Below, piece after piece: positions 8,883 to 17,318 of a DNA stretch of 64,000 nt. How positions within the stretch are numbered: position 1 is the stretch's first letter; every line of letters begins with the position of its first letter. The stretch is from Chloroflexota bacterium (lineage in GTDB: Bacteria; Chloroflexota; Dehalococcoidia; UBA2979). The notes under the pieces are model-generated. The model worked only from the letters and a program-made list of their open reading frames with translations. It had not been told where the DNA came from and made no database searches. Where the stretch lies: positions 21,957 through 85,956 of the forward strand of contig CANKAU010000001.1 of NCBI GenBank assembly GCA_947479915.1, read 5' to 3'. The position numbers were made by a program, and so were the translations under genes.

Positions 8883-10184
8883 CTACTCGACGACCTCGAT
8901 GGTCGCGTAGCCGCCGGGGGCGATCGTCTTCCACCACGTGAACGCTTCGTCGCTGGTCGCGAACCAGATATCGCGATGCTCCGCGCCCACACCGCCGCCG
9001 GTGTCCATACAGGTGAAGGTCGTCTCGCTGGGGTCGCCGATGACGCGGAACTTCTGCCCGAAGTTCACCCCCGCGCAGGACGCCGCGCCGCGGTGGACGA
9101 TCTGTCCGTTGCGCATGGGGCCGCAGAACCCGCCGCCGTCGCCCGCGCCGCCGCCGGAGGTCTGCGTGCAGTAGTAATAGGTGAGCGGCACGGTCAGGGC
9201 GCGGGCTGGCTTCACCACCGGGTTCGCCGGGGCAGGTGCCGGATCCGGCGCGCTGATGCTGCGCCGGATGAAGACGATCGAGGTCGGGCGGAGCGTCGAA
9301 CGGTTCAGCGTGTTCACCCACTCGGGCGCGCCCGGGATGTAGGTCAGCCAGCGCTGCGTGGACACGTCCAGAGCCATGACCACGTCCACGGCGAACGGCT
9401 GCGCCTTGATAAGTGTCGGCACGTCGTTCGTCCCGGCCACACCCAGAACGAGCCCATCGCGCGCCGGCGTCGCGAAGGCCCTCGCGGTGCCGGTCGCGTT
9501 CGGGACGGCGCCAGCCTGGACCAGCGGCGCGATGTCGGACGGCCCGAGAGTGCCCGCTCGACGAACCATGACCACCATGTCAGCACGGAGCGTCGTGTCG
9601 TCCAGCGTGTTCACGATCGAGGGCGCGCCCGGGATGTACGTGAGGTACTTCTGCGTCGCCGGGTCGATCGCGGAGATGCCGGCGACCGGGAACGTCTGGG
9701 CGGCGGCGACTGCCCGCGGCGACGAGGTATTGGCGACCCCGAAAGTGAGCCCGCCGGGCGGTGGAGCCTCGAACGGGCCGAGGGTCGTGGGCGCCGCCGG
9801 GGGTGGCGGGGGGGCTGGAGTGCTCGGCGTGGCGGGGATGGCGGGAGTGGCGGGGTCCGGGACTGAGGTCAGGAAGCGCGCCGCGACCCAGCCTGTGCCG
9901 GATGTCGTGCGGACCTGCTGCCAGTCGATGCCGTCCGCGTTCACGGTGCCCGGTACGAGGGTGACGACGATCCCGTCGCCGAGGCAGGTGATGAGGGCTC
10001 CGGAGAGGGCGGGAGCCTGCCGCATGTTCAGGCAATCGCCGTCGGCAGTGATCCTCGCGCTCGCCGCTTCTGCCGTGGAGGAGAAGGCGAGCGTTGCGAG
10101 GATGGCGAGCGCGGCAGCGACGGCAGGGAGAACCGGACGCGAACCAACGACCCGGAGGAGCGACGTATGTCGTCTCTTCGGCAT
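8883..10184 (-). CDS. Secreted cell-wall-associated protein: SH3b domain, Pro-rich linker, two copies of an unassigned ~66-aa module, C-terminal 3D (DPBB-fold) domain
   Basis: 433 aa. Signal peptide ...AFSSTAEAASA. SH3b-like CLNMRQAPALSGALITCLGDG...WQQVRTTSGTGWVAARFL. Internal repeat (see findings). C-terminus YYYCTQTSGG...FTCMDTGGGVGAEHRDIWF is typical of 3D/MltA-like domains. Confidence 0.8.
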   Translation of the reverse strand: MPKRRHTSLLRVVGSRPVLPAVAAALAILATLAFSSTAEAASARITADGDCLNMRQAPALSGALITCLGDGIVVTLVPGTVNADGIDWQQVRTTSGTGWVAARFLTSVPDPATPAIPATPSTPAPPPPPAAPTTLGPFEAPPPGGLTFGVANTSSPRAVAAAQTFPVAGISAIDPATQKYLTYIPGAPSIVNTLDDTTLRADMVVMVRRAGTLGPSDIAPLVQAGAVPNATGTARAFATPARDGLVLGVAGTNDVPTLIKAQPFAVDVVMALDVSTQRWLTYIPGAPEWVNTLNRSTLRPTSIVFIRRSISAPDPAPAPANPVVKPARALTVPLTYYYCTQTSGGGAGDGGGFCGPMRNGQIVHRGAASCAGVNFGQKFRVIGDPSETTFTCMDTGGGVGAEHRDIWFATSDEAFTWWKTIAPGGYATIEVVE

Positions 10185-10190
10185 GTGAAA

Positions 10191-10221
10191 ACGGTAGCAA
10201 GCCCTTTGCGGGGCCTGTCAA
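10191..10221 (-). promoter_or_regulatory. Candidate promoter (TTGACA - 19 nt - TACCGT) placing the transcription start site at or near the ATG of the SH3b gene
   Basis: Minus-strand reading: TTGACAggccccgcaaagggcttgcTACCGTtttcacATG. The -10 box is 6 nt from the start codon and there is no SD. The spacer is longer than optimal. Confidence 0.35.
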
Positions 10222-10316
10222 ACCTCCGGCGGGCTTGACGCAAGACCGGTTCACCGGGGCCGGATGCGCCTCTCCGCCCGTCTTGGCGAGCGCGACGCAC
10301 GATTGTGCGCCTGCTG

Positions 10317-11039
10317 CTACAACCCGGTTCGGGCGGCCAGAAGACCCAGCGCGAGGGTCACAGCCGTCGCTGCGAGCCAGCGAAGGGGCTCCTCCCACGA
10401 GGCCAGCAGGAGGTCGGCCCGGTCGCCTCGCTCGTCAGCGTTCCGGTTCCGCCGGAGGGCGCGAGCGGCCGTGCTGAGCGATCGTTGGGCGAGGCTCAGG
10501 CAGGTCATCGACAGCGCGAGGAGCACGCATGCGAGGCCGATGCGCTCCGCCTGCGCCCAGTAGCCGACGACGACGGGGAACGCTCCCCAGGAGAGCGCGA
10601 AGCCCACGTCGCTGTGCACCCACCTCGGCCGCTCCGTCGCGTAGCCGACTACGAGGGCGATCGCGAGGAGGGCCCACATGACCACCCAGCCGGAGATGAC
10701 GGCCGCCCCGACCACTGCGAGCGCGAGGCTCCCCGCCAGCGCGGCGCTCGCCGTGCCGATGAGCCACCCACCCGCAATCGAGGTGCGCAGTGGCCGCCCG
10801 TTCCACTCGTCCAGCGCGTGCGCGGCGATCCCCGTCCCGAGGAAGAAGGCGAGCAGCGTCCCGGCGAGGCGGTCGACGGCCAGCGTCGGGGCGAGGGTCG
10901 CGCCGATCACCACGAACGAGAGATGCCAGGCCGTGTAGGGCAGGTGGAGCACGGCCAGGACATCTCGTCGGAGCCCGTCCTCGGCTCCGACGTAGAACGC
11001 GGGCTGCAATGGGAACGCACGGACGATGCGACGCGTCAT
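10317..11039 (-). CDS. Polytopic integral membrane protein, family not recognised
   Basis: 240 aa from ATG 11039 (ATGA overlap with the upstream methyltransferase stop). About 6-7 hydrophobic helices. The remainder of the 472-aa track ORF is Arg/Pro-rich and overlaps the methyltransferase gene. Confidence 0.6.
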   Translation of the reverse strand: MTRRIVRAFPLQPAFYVGAEDGLRRDVLAVLHLPYTAWHLSFVVIGATLAPTLAVDRLAGTLLAFFLGTGIAAHALDEWNGRPLRTSIAGGWLIGTASAALAGSLALAVVGAAVISGWVVMWALLAIALVVGYATERPRWVHSDVGFALSWGAFPVVVGYWAQAERIGLACVLLALSMTCLSLAQRSLSTAARALRRNRNADERGDRADLLLASWEEPLRWLAATAVTLALGLLAARTGL

Positions 11040-11818
11040 CGTCGCCGCCCCCACATCAGCAGCCCCCCGCCGAGGGAGCGCCGCGCCACTCGGACGGCCT
11101 CGAACCCAGCGGCCTCCCACATCGTGACGAGTGCCGCCTCGGGGTGCCGCCGGTGAAACGCGTCGATGTTTGGGCCGAGGAAGCGACCCACGCGCGTCCA
11201 ACCCAGCCCGGCGATCAGCCCCGAAGCGGGGAGCACGAGCCTTGTGTAGAGCACCCACAGCGGACCAGCGATCCCACGCGGGCGACCGAACTCGACCATC
11301 CCGACGACGCCGCCCGGCCGGACGACACGCGCAACCTCGCGCAGGGTCTCCAGCGGGTCGGGGACGTAGCGCAGGAGATAGCCGAACGTCGCGCCCTCGA
11401 ACGATCCGTCCGCGAAGGGGAGCGTCTGGCCGACCCCCTGCACGGCGGAGGCGCGCGATGCGATGGCCCCGGCGAGCATCTCCGGATTGAGGTCCAGCGC
11501 CACGACCTGATGCCCGCGCCGCTGGAGCTCGCGCGTGATGAGCCCGGTGCCCGCGGCGATATCGAGCACGGCACCGCCTCGAGGCGCGGGGAGGCGCGCC
11601 ACCATCTCGCGCCGCCAGTACGCGTCCTGCCCCATGCTGAGGATGGCCGCCCACCGCTCGTAGTTCCGGGCGATGCTCGGGAACAGACCAATGGCGTCCC
11701 GCGTTGGCTCTGGGAGGGTCTGCTTCAGGGGGCACCTCGTTTCAGCCTCTCCACCGTGGGAGACGGCCGCGGTGCCTGCGGTTACCGCGGCTGCGATCTC
11801 ATCCCGACTCGGTAGCAA
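11036..11818 (-). CDS. Class I SAM-dependent methyltransferase, UbiE/MenG-like
   Basis: 260-aa ORF. N-terminal UbiE-type FPSIARNYERWAAILSMGQDAYWRR, then SAM motif I VLDIAAGTGLITREL and VVALDLNPEML. The TTG start at 11818 is uncertain. Confidence 0.8.
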   Translation of the reverse strand: MLPSRDEIAAAVTAGTAAVSHGGEAETRCPLKQTLPEPTRDAIGLFPSIARNYERWAAILSMGQDAYWRREMVARLPAPRGGAVLDIAAGTGLITRELQRRGHQVVALDLNPEMLAGAIASRASAVQGVGQTLPFADGSFEGATFGYLLRYVPDPLETLREVARVVRPGGVVGMVEFGRPRGIAGPLWVLYTRLVLPASGLIAGLGWTRVGRFLGPNIDAFHRRHPEAALVTMWEAAGFEAVRVARRSLGGGLLMWGRRR

Positions 11819-11848
11819 CTTGGGCTGCGGCCGCCTGACTCCGGGATG

Positions 11849-11877
11849 TTGTTCACGAGATCAGAGCCGGGTACGAT
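11849..11877 (+). promoter_or_regulatory. Candidate sigma-70-type promoter upstream of tRNA-Phe (TTGTTC - 17 nt - TACGAT)
   Basis: The hexamers and 17-nt spacer were read directly. It sits about 85 nt upstream of the mature tRNA 5' end, so the assignment is tentative. Confidence 0.3.
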
Positions 11878-11964
11878 GCCCGGACTGTCGGACATCGCGA
11901 TTCTTCCGAACGCGGTGGCCGACGAATCTGGGCTGCCGTTCCCGGCGTTCAGGTTCAGGTTCGG

Positions 11965-12040
11965 GCCGAGGTAGCTCAGTTGGTAGAGCACACGACTGAA
12001 AATCGTGGTGTCGCCGGTTCGATCCCGGCCCTCGGCACCA
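11965..12040 (+). tRNA. tRNA-Phe (anticodon GAA), CCA encoded
   Basis: Cloverleaf folded by hand. Acceptor gccgagg/cctcggc, D arm gctc-agttggta-gagc, anticodon loop cuGAAaa, T arm gccgg-ttcgatc-ccggc, discriminator A, then CCA. Confidence 0.95.
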
Positions 12041-12089
12041 GCCACACCGCCCCTCTGCTGAGTCAGAGTATTCGTGACGGGGGAGCGCG

Positions 12090-12932
12090 ATGACCCTCAT
12101 CTTCGTGGCCGGATCGGCTCCCTCTGCGGGAGCGTCCACCGTGGCCGTGGGCATCGCTCATCGCCTCGCCTACGCCGGGCACCGCGTCACCATCGAGCGC
12201 CTCGCGGGCGACGCCCGTGCGTCCGAGGATGCCGCCGCGTTCGCTGCGTTGGAGTTCGCCACGAGCAGCGGCACCCCGCTGGATGCGCCGCCCGAGGATG
12301 CCGCGGGCACCATCACCATCCTCGAAGCTCCCGTCGGAGCCGACGCCGCCGCACTCGCGGCGAGCTCGGGCGCTCGGCTGGTCGTGGTCGGGCCTGCCAG
12401 TGCGGCTGTCCCTGCTGGCGCCACGCTCATCGTGAACCACGCCGACAGCACCGGCCTCCGCGCGCTGGGCGAGGATCGCCTGCTCGCCGCGCCGACGGTC
12501 CGCCAGCTCATCGCCGCCAGTGGCGCACAGGTGCTGACGCGCTCGCGGGATGGCGAGGCGGCCGTGTGCGAGCACCTGGTCATCGGCGCGATCTCGCACG
12601 ACTCCGCCGACACCTACTTCAACCGCTTCCCCCGCCGCGCGGTCATCGCGCGCGCCGAGAAGGTCGACCTCGCCCTCGCGGCGATGCTGACGCGGTCCGA
12701 GTGCCTGATCCTCACCGGTGGGCACGAGCCCAGCCCCTACGTCCTCGACCGCGCGGCCTCCACCCGCGAGACGACCCTCCTGCTGGCTCCCGGCGGCACC
12801 GTGGAGACGATGCGTGACCTGGAAGGCACCTTCGGCACCGCGCCGTTCTCCGGCGAGGCGAAGGTGGAGCGCATCGGTGGCCTGATGCGCGTCGCGATCG
12901 ACGAAGCGACGCTGGCGGCGCTCGCAGGCTAG
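12090..12932 (+). CDS. DRTGG-domain protein resembling the N-terminal regulatory module of phosphotransacetylase (no PTA catalytic domain)
   Basis: 280 aa. DRTGG-type core ECLILTGGHEPSPYVLD. The N-terminal DTBS-like fold has a degenerate P-loop (FVAGSAPSAGASTVAVGIA). GGGGGAG lies upstream of the ATG. Confidence 0.6.
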   Translation: MTLIFVAGSAPSAGASTVAVGIAHRLAYAGHRVTIERLAGDARASEDAAAFAALEFATSSGTPLDAPPEDAAGTITILEAPVGADAAALAASSGARLVVVGPASAAVPAGATLIVNHADSTGLRALGEDRLLAAPTVRQLIAASGAQVLTRSRDGEAAVCEHLVIGAISHDSADTYFNRFPRRAVIARAEKVDLALAAMLTRSECLILTGGHEPSPYVLDRAASTRETTLLLAPGGTVETMRDLEGTFGTAPFSGEAKVERIGGLMRVAIDEATLAALAG

Positions 12933-13068
12933 TCCTGCTGCCTCGAACGGCGCGTTCGGAGACCCCCGAAACGGGCGGGCCCGCCGACCGGTATCATCGA
13001 ATGATGGATCTCAACACCGGCTTCCTCATCGGGCGTGTCCGCGGTATCGCGATTCGAGTCCACTGGTC

Positions 13069-14124
13069 GTGGCTCGTGTCTTTGCGCTGGTCACGTGGAA
13101 CCTGCAGGGCAGCGTGCTGCCGGATCTGGTGCCCGGATGGAGCCCCGCGGCGCGCTGGGCCGCCGGTGTCGTTTCGGCGCTCGTCTTCTTCATCTCGGTG
13201 CTGCTGCACGAGCTCTCGCACGCGTTCGTCGCACTCCACTACAAGATGAGCGTCCCCTCGATCACGCTCTTCATCTTCGGTGGGGTCTCGAACATCGAGG
13301 GTGAGATGCGGACGCCCGGGCAGGAGTTCCGCATCGCGGTGGTGGGACCGTTGACCTCGCTGGCGCTCGGCCTGCTGCTTGGCGGGGTCTGGCTCGCGAT
13401 GCCCGGCGACATCGGGCGCATCATCATGTACCTCGCAGCGGTCAACATCATCCTCGGCGTCTTCAACCTCGTGCCGGGCTTCCCGCTGGACGGCGGACGC
13501 GTGCTGCGGGCGATCATCTGGGCATCCTCGGGGGACATCACGAAGTCCACCCGCGTAGCGTCGCGCGTGGGTACGGCGGTGGCGTGGGGCATGATCGCGC
13601 TGGGCGTGTACAGCGCGCTGATGGGGAACCTCGGCGGGCTCTGGTACGTGCTGATCGGCCTCTTCCTCAAGACCGCCTCCGACAACGCCTACGGCCAGAT
13701 GGTGCTGGAGCGCGCCCTTGAGGGCGTCTTCGTGCGCGACGTCATGCGCGAGGCGCCCGCGCCCGTGGAGCCGCAGAGCAACCTGAAGCGCGTCGTCGAG
13801 GATCGCGTGATCGGCCGCGGTGAGCGCTCGATCTTCGTGGGCGGCGAGGGACGCGTGCTCGGCCTGTTCACGATCGCCGATCTGGCGGCGATTCCCGTCG
13901 ATCAACTGCCCTCGATGACGGCGGGCGAGATCATGATTCCCGCGGAGCGGGTGGTGACGGTGCAGCCGGGTACGCCGCTGCTGGAAGCCACCCGCGCGAT
14001 GACGGAGCGCGACATTCACCAGGTGCCAGTGGTCGAGGATGGCCGGATGGTCGGTGTCCTGAGCCGCGGCGATGTGCTGCAGCAGCTCGAGGTGCGACAG
14101 CGCTTCGGGCGCTCGGACGGGTAG
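13069..14124 (+). CDS. Site-2 protease family (M50) metalloprotease with tandem CBS domains; the 5' end appears frameshifted
   Basis: HExxH (LLHELSHAF), the second M50 motif (NLVPGFPLDGGRVL) and a C-terminal CBS pair. The canonical M50 N-terminus (FLIGRVRGIAIRVHWSWLV) is encoded by ORF 13001-13249 in another frame (see finding). Confidence 0.85.
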   Translation: MARVFALVTWNLQGSVLPDLVPGWSPAARWAAGVVSALVFFISVLLHELSHAFVALHYKMSVPSITLFIFGGVSNIEGEMRTPGQEFRIAVVGPLTSLALGLLLGGVWLAMPGDIGRIIMYLAAVNIILGVFNLVPGFPLDGGRVLRAIIWASSGDITKSTRVASRVGTAVAWGMIALGVYSALMGNLGGLWYVLIGLFLKTASDNAYGQMVLERALEGVFVRDVMREAPAPVEPQSNLKRVVEDRVIGRGERSIFVGGEGRVLGLFTIADLAAIPVDQLPSMTAGEIMIPAERVVTVQPGTPLLEATRAMTERDIHQVPVVEDGRMVGVLSRGDVLQQLEVRQRFGRSDG

Positions 14125-14130
14125 TCCCGG

Positions 14131-16356
14131 CTAGGCGGACGGCTCGGAGGCGGGCTCCAGCCGTGCGAACGACTGCAGCATCTTCTTCACGCCCTGTCCC
14201 TGGAACGCGACCGTGACCTGCATGTCACCGGGCACCACCTGGCAGCCGATGACGGTGCCGACCCCGAACGTGTTGTGGCGCACGCGCTCGCCGGGAGCGA
14301 AGGCACGCACCTCGGTCTGATCGTCGTCGCGGCGCGCGGCCGCGGCAGCGCGCAGTCCTCGACTGTCCGAGGTACCCCAGGTGTCCGCCTCGCGCTTGGG
14401 GCTGGCACCAACAGGTGACACGACATCCTCGTCCGGAAGGTCGCGCAGGAAGCGCGACGCGGGATTGCCGCGCACCTGTCCGAACATGAAGCGACGGCGC
14501 GCGCGGGTGAGGTAGAGGCGCTCCCGGGCGCGGGTGATGCCCACGTAGCAGAGCCGGCGCTCCTCCTCCATCTGCGCGGGGTCGTCCAGCGCGCGGATGT
14601 GGGGCAGCAGGCCCTCCTCCATCCCCGGCATGAACACCACGTCGTATTCGAGGCCCTTAGCGGAGTGCAGGGTGATCAGCGTGACGGCGTCCGGCTGGTC
14701 CGACTCCGGGTCGTCCACGTCCGAGACGAGCGCGACCTCCTCGAGGAACGCCGCGAGCGAGGACTCTTCCTCGACCTCCTCGTACTGGGCGGCGACGGAG
14801 CGGAGCTCCTGCACGTTCTCCCAGCGGACGTCGGCGTGCTCGCGGTCGGTCTTCGTCAGGTGCGCGCGATAGTCGACCTGCCCGAGCAGGCGGTCGAGGA
14901 GCTGCGCCACGGTCATGTTGTCGCGCTGCGCGCTCAGGCTCTCGACGATCTCGAGGAAGCCCTGCAGCGCGCCTCGTGTGCGGGTGGCCAGCTCGGGCAC
15001 ACCGTTGCCCAGCGGGCCATACGCGGCGCGATGCGCCACAGCGAGGACCGAGATGCCCATCTCCGCGGACGCCGCGATCAGGTCGTTCACGGTCTTCTCG
15101 CCGATGCCTCGCGTCGGCACGTTCACGATCCGGTCGAAGGCCACCGTGTCGTACTCGTTGTGCACGATGCGCAGGTACGCGATCAGGTCGCGCACCTCGC
15201 GGCGGTCGTAGAAGCGCGTTCCGCCGACGATGCGGTACTTCACGCCCTGTGCGATGAACGCCTCTTCAATCGCGCGCGACTGGGCGTTCGTTCGGTACAT
15301 CACTGCGATGTCCGAGGTCTGGTAGCGGTCGCCGCGGAGCAGTCGCTTCACCTCGCCGGCGATGAAGAGCGCTTCCTCCTCGCCGTAGGTCGCCTCGTAC
15401 TCGACCACGCGCTCGCCGTCGGGGTTCGAGGTCCACAGGTTCTTCTCGGGGCGTCCCTCGGCCTTCGCGATGATCGAGTGGGCCACGCGCAGAATGTGCC
15501 CGGTCGAGCGGTAGTTCTGTTCGAGGAGCACGACCGTCGCGCCCGGGAAGTCGTGCTCGAAGTCGAGCAGGTTGCGGATATCCGCCGCTCGCCAGGAGTA
15601 GATCGACTGGTCGGGGTCGCCCACGACGGTGAGGTTCTGGTGTACCGACGAGAACGCGCGCGCCAGTTGGTACTGGACGAGGTTGGTGTCCTGGAACTCG
15701 TCCACCAGCGTGTGCAGGTAGCGCTCCGCATAGCGCTGCTGGATCTCCGGGTGCGCCTCGAACATCTCGAGCGTGCGCCCGAGGAGGTCATCGAAGTCGA
15801 CGGCACCGGAGCGGCGCAGGGCGGCCTCGTACCGCTCGTAGACGCGCCCGACGATCTCCTCGAAGTAGTTGTCTACGGATCGCCCGAACGAGGCGGCGTT
15901 GCGGCGCTCGTTCTTCGCCGACGAGATCGCGGACAGCACCGCGCGAGGCGTGAAGCGCTTCTGGTCGATGTCGAGTTCCGCCTCGATCGAGCGGATCAGC
16001 GCCATCTGGTCGTCGGTGTCGTAGATCACGAAGTCGCGCGACAGGCCGATCGCCTCGCCCTCGCGGCGGAGCAGGCGCGCGCAGATCGAGTGGAAGGTAC
16101 CCATCGACAGCGAGGCTGCCCCCGCACCGAGCAGCACGTCGATGCGCTCCCGCATCTCCTTCGCGGCCTTGTTCGTGAACGTCACGGCCAGGATCCGCCA
16201 CGCCGGCACGCCGCGTTCCTGGACGAGGTGCGCGATCCGGTGCGTGATGACGCGTGTCTTCCCGGAACCGGGGCCCGCGAGGATCATCAGCGGCCCGGTT
16301 TCCACCTGGACGGCGCGTGCCTGGGCCTCGTTCAACGTGTCGGTCAGGGATGTCAT
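14131..16356 (-). CDS. pcrA: ATP-dependent DNA helicase PcrA/UvrD
   Basis: Start set at ATG 16356 (MTSLTDTLNEAQARAV). Walker A AGPGSGKTRV, helicase motifs (VDEFQDTN, TLHSAKGLEYD, VGITRA) and a C-terminal Tudor-like tail. Confidence 0.9.
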   Translation of the reverse strand: MTSLTDTLNEAQARAVQVETGPLMILAGPGSGKTRVITHRIAHLVQERGVPAWRILAVTFTNKAAKEMRERIDVLLGAGAASLSMGTFHSICARLLRREGEAIGLSRDFVIYDTDDQMALIRSIEAELDIDQKRFTPRAVLSAISSAKNERRNAASFGRSVDNYFEEIVGRVYERYEAALRRSGAVDFDDLLGRTLEMFEAHPEIQQRYAERYLHTLVDEFQDTNLVQYQLARAFSSVHQNLTVVGDPDQSIYSWRAADIRNLLDFEHDFPGATVVLLEQNYRSTGHILRVAHSIIAKAEGRPEKNLWTSNPDGERVVEYEATYGEEEALFIAGEVKRLLRGDRYQTSDIAVMYRTNAQSRAIEEAFIAQGVKYRIVGGTRFYDRREVRDLIAYLRIVHNEYDTVAFDRIVNVPTRGIGEKTVNDLIAASAEMGISVLAVAHRAAYGPLGNGVPELATRTRGALQGFLEIVESLSAQRDNMTVAQLLDRLLGQVDYRAHLTKTDREHADVRWENVQELRSVAAQYEEVEEESSLAAFLEEVALVSDVDDPESDQPDAVTLITLHSAKGLEYDVVFMPGMEEGLLPHIRALDDPAQMEEERRLCYVGITRARERLYLTRARRRFMFGQVRGNPASRFLRDLPDEDVVSPVGASPKREADTWGTSDSRGLRAAAAARRDDDQTEVRAFAPGERVRHNTFGVGTVIGCQVVPGDMQVTVAFQGQGVKKMLQSFARLEPASEPSA

Positions 16357-16362
16357 GGCTCG

Positions 16363-16368
16363 ATTGTA
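16363..16368 (-). promoter_or_regulatory. -10 box TACAAT located 6 nt upstream of the pcrA ATG (possible leaderless transcript)
   Basis: Minus-strand reading: cccccaTACAATcgagccATG. No SD is present. Confidence 0.4.
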
Positions 16369-16533
16369 TGGGGGCATCGCGGCAAGGGGCCGGGCGCGAG
16401 GCGCGGGTCGTGAGTGGCTGATCAACGCACCTATCCACAATCGTGCGATTGAACTGCCTCGACTCCCGCGGGCGTCGAGGGCGACCCGAGGGAGCGCGCG
16501 TGCTAGCGTGATGCCGGTACGGGAGGGTCACCA

Positions 16534-17211
16534 ATGGACGTGCTGTTGGGCTGGCCGGGTGGCAGCTGGCAAGCGACCGCCCGCCTCTTCGGCGGGTTGA
16601 TGTCGGCGTATCTGCTCATCATCTGGCTTGCCTCGATCTTCTGGGTCTACCGGGACATCCGCTCCCGCACCACGGATCCGATCTCGCACCTGATCAGCGT
16701 CGCGATCGCTGTCGTGTTTCCGATCGTCGGGCTGCCGATCTATTTGATCCTGCGCCCCGCGGACACGCTGACCGCGGCGTATGACCGCCAGCTCGAGCAG
16801 GAAGCGCTGCTCTCCGAGCTCCAGAATGTCAGCGCCTGCCCGAACTGCCGTCGCCCGGTGCAGGACGAGTTCACCGTCTGCGCGTTCTGCGCGACGCCGG
16901 TGAAGCAGGGCTGCTCCCGTTGCGGGCGTCAGCTCCGGCTCTCGTGGCGCTACTGCCCGTACTGCTCCACGCCGCGCGCGCAGCATCAGCCGTCCGCCGA
17001 AACCCGCTACGCCGCCGAGGATCCCTCGCCGCCGCTCGCGCAGCGGGTGTCCGCCTCGCGCGACGCCGCCGTCGAGGCGATTCGACGCGCAGCCGGGGGC
17101 AGCACGCCGCCGGACGTCGACGACCAGGGGGCACCGCGCCCGCGCCGCGCCCCGCGGCCGGACCAGGGTGGCCAGCCGCCCCGCCCGCGTCCTCGCACTG
17201 ACGACCGCTAG
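16534..17211 (+). CDS. Membrane protein with a PLDc_N-like N-terminal helix pair, a double zinc-ribbon and a Pro/Arg-rich tail
   Basis: 225 aa. Hydrophobic segments (LLIIWLASIFWVY, VAIAVVFPIVGLPIYLIL), then CPNCRR...CAFC...CSRCG...CPYC. GGGAGGG SD 6 nt before the ATG. Confidence 0.6.
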   Translation: MDVLLGWPGGSWQATARLFGGLMSAYLLIIWLASIFWVYRDIRSRTTDPISHLISVAIAVVFPIVGLPIYLILRPADTLTAAYDRQLEQEALLSELQNVSACPNCRRPVQDEFTVCAFCATPVKQGCSRCGRQLRLSWRYCPYCSTPRAQHQPSAETRYAAEDPSPPLAQRVSASRDAAVEAIRRAAGGSTPPDVDDQGAPRPRRAPRPDQGGQPPRPRPRTDDR

Positions 17212-17266
17212 GCAGCGCCGGCCACACCACAGCGCGGCACGACGCGCTGAGAGAACGCAGACATGC

Positions 17267-17295
17267 AGAAGGGCCGCCCACTGGGCGGCCCTTCT
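17267..17295. terminator. Perfect 12-13 bp GC-rich hairpin between convergent genes (candidate bidirectional terminator)
   Basis: agaagggccgcc-cac-t-gggcggcccttct, read directly. It lies between the stops at 17211 (+) and 17319 (-). Confidence 0.6.
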
Positions 17296-17318
17296 GGTGC
17301 ACGCGATGCGCGCGACGG

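Noticed and set aside
11949-11966. Short tandem ttcagg-ttcagg-ttcggg just upstream of tRNA-Phe
   Set aside because: Only about 3 imperfect 6-mers. This is probably chance or part of the tRNA leader, and there is no evidence of function.
11965-12040. tRNA-Phe as an integration hot spot for an island
   Set aside because: I saw no integrase, no partial tRNA duplication and no GC shift on either side.
14599-16413. 604-aa plus-strand ORF
   Set aside because: It is antisense to pcrA and has no motifs.
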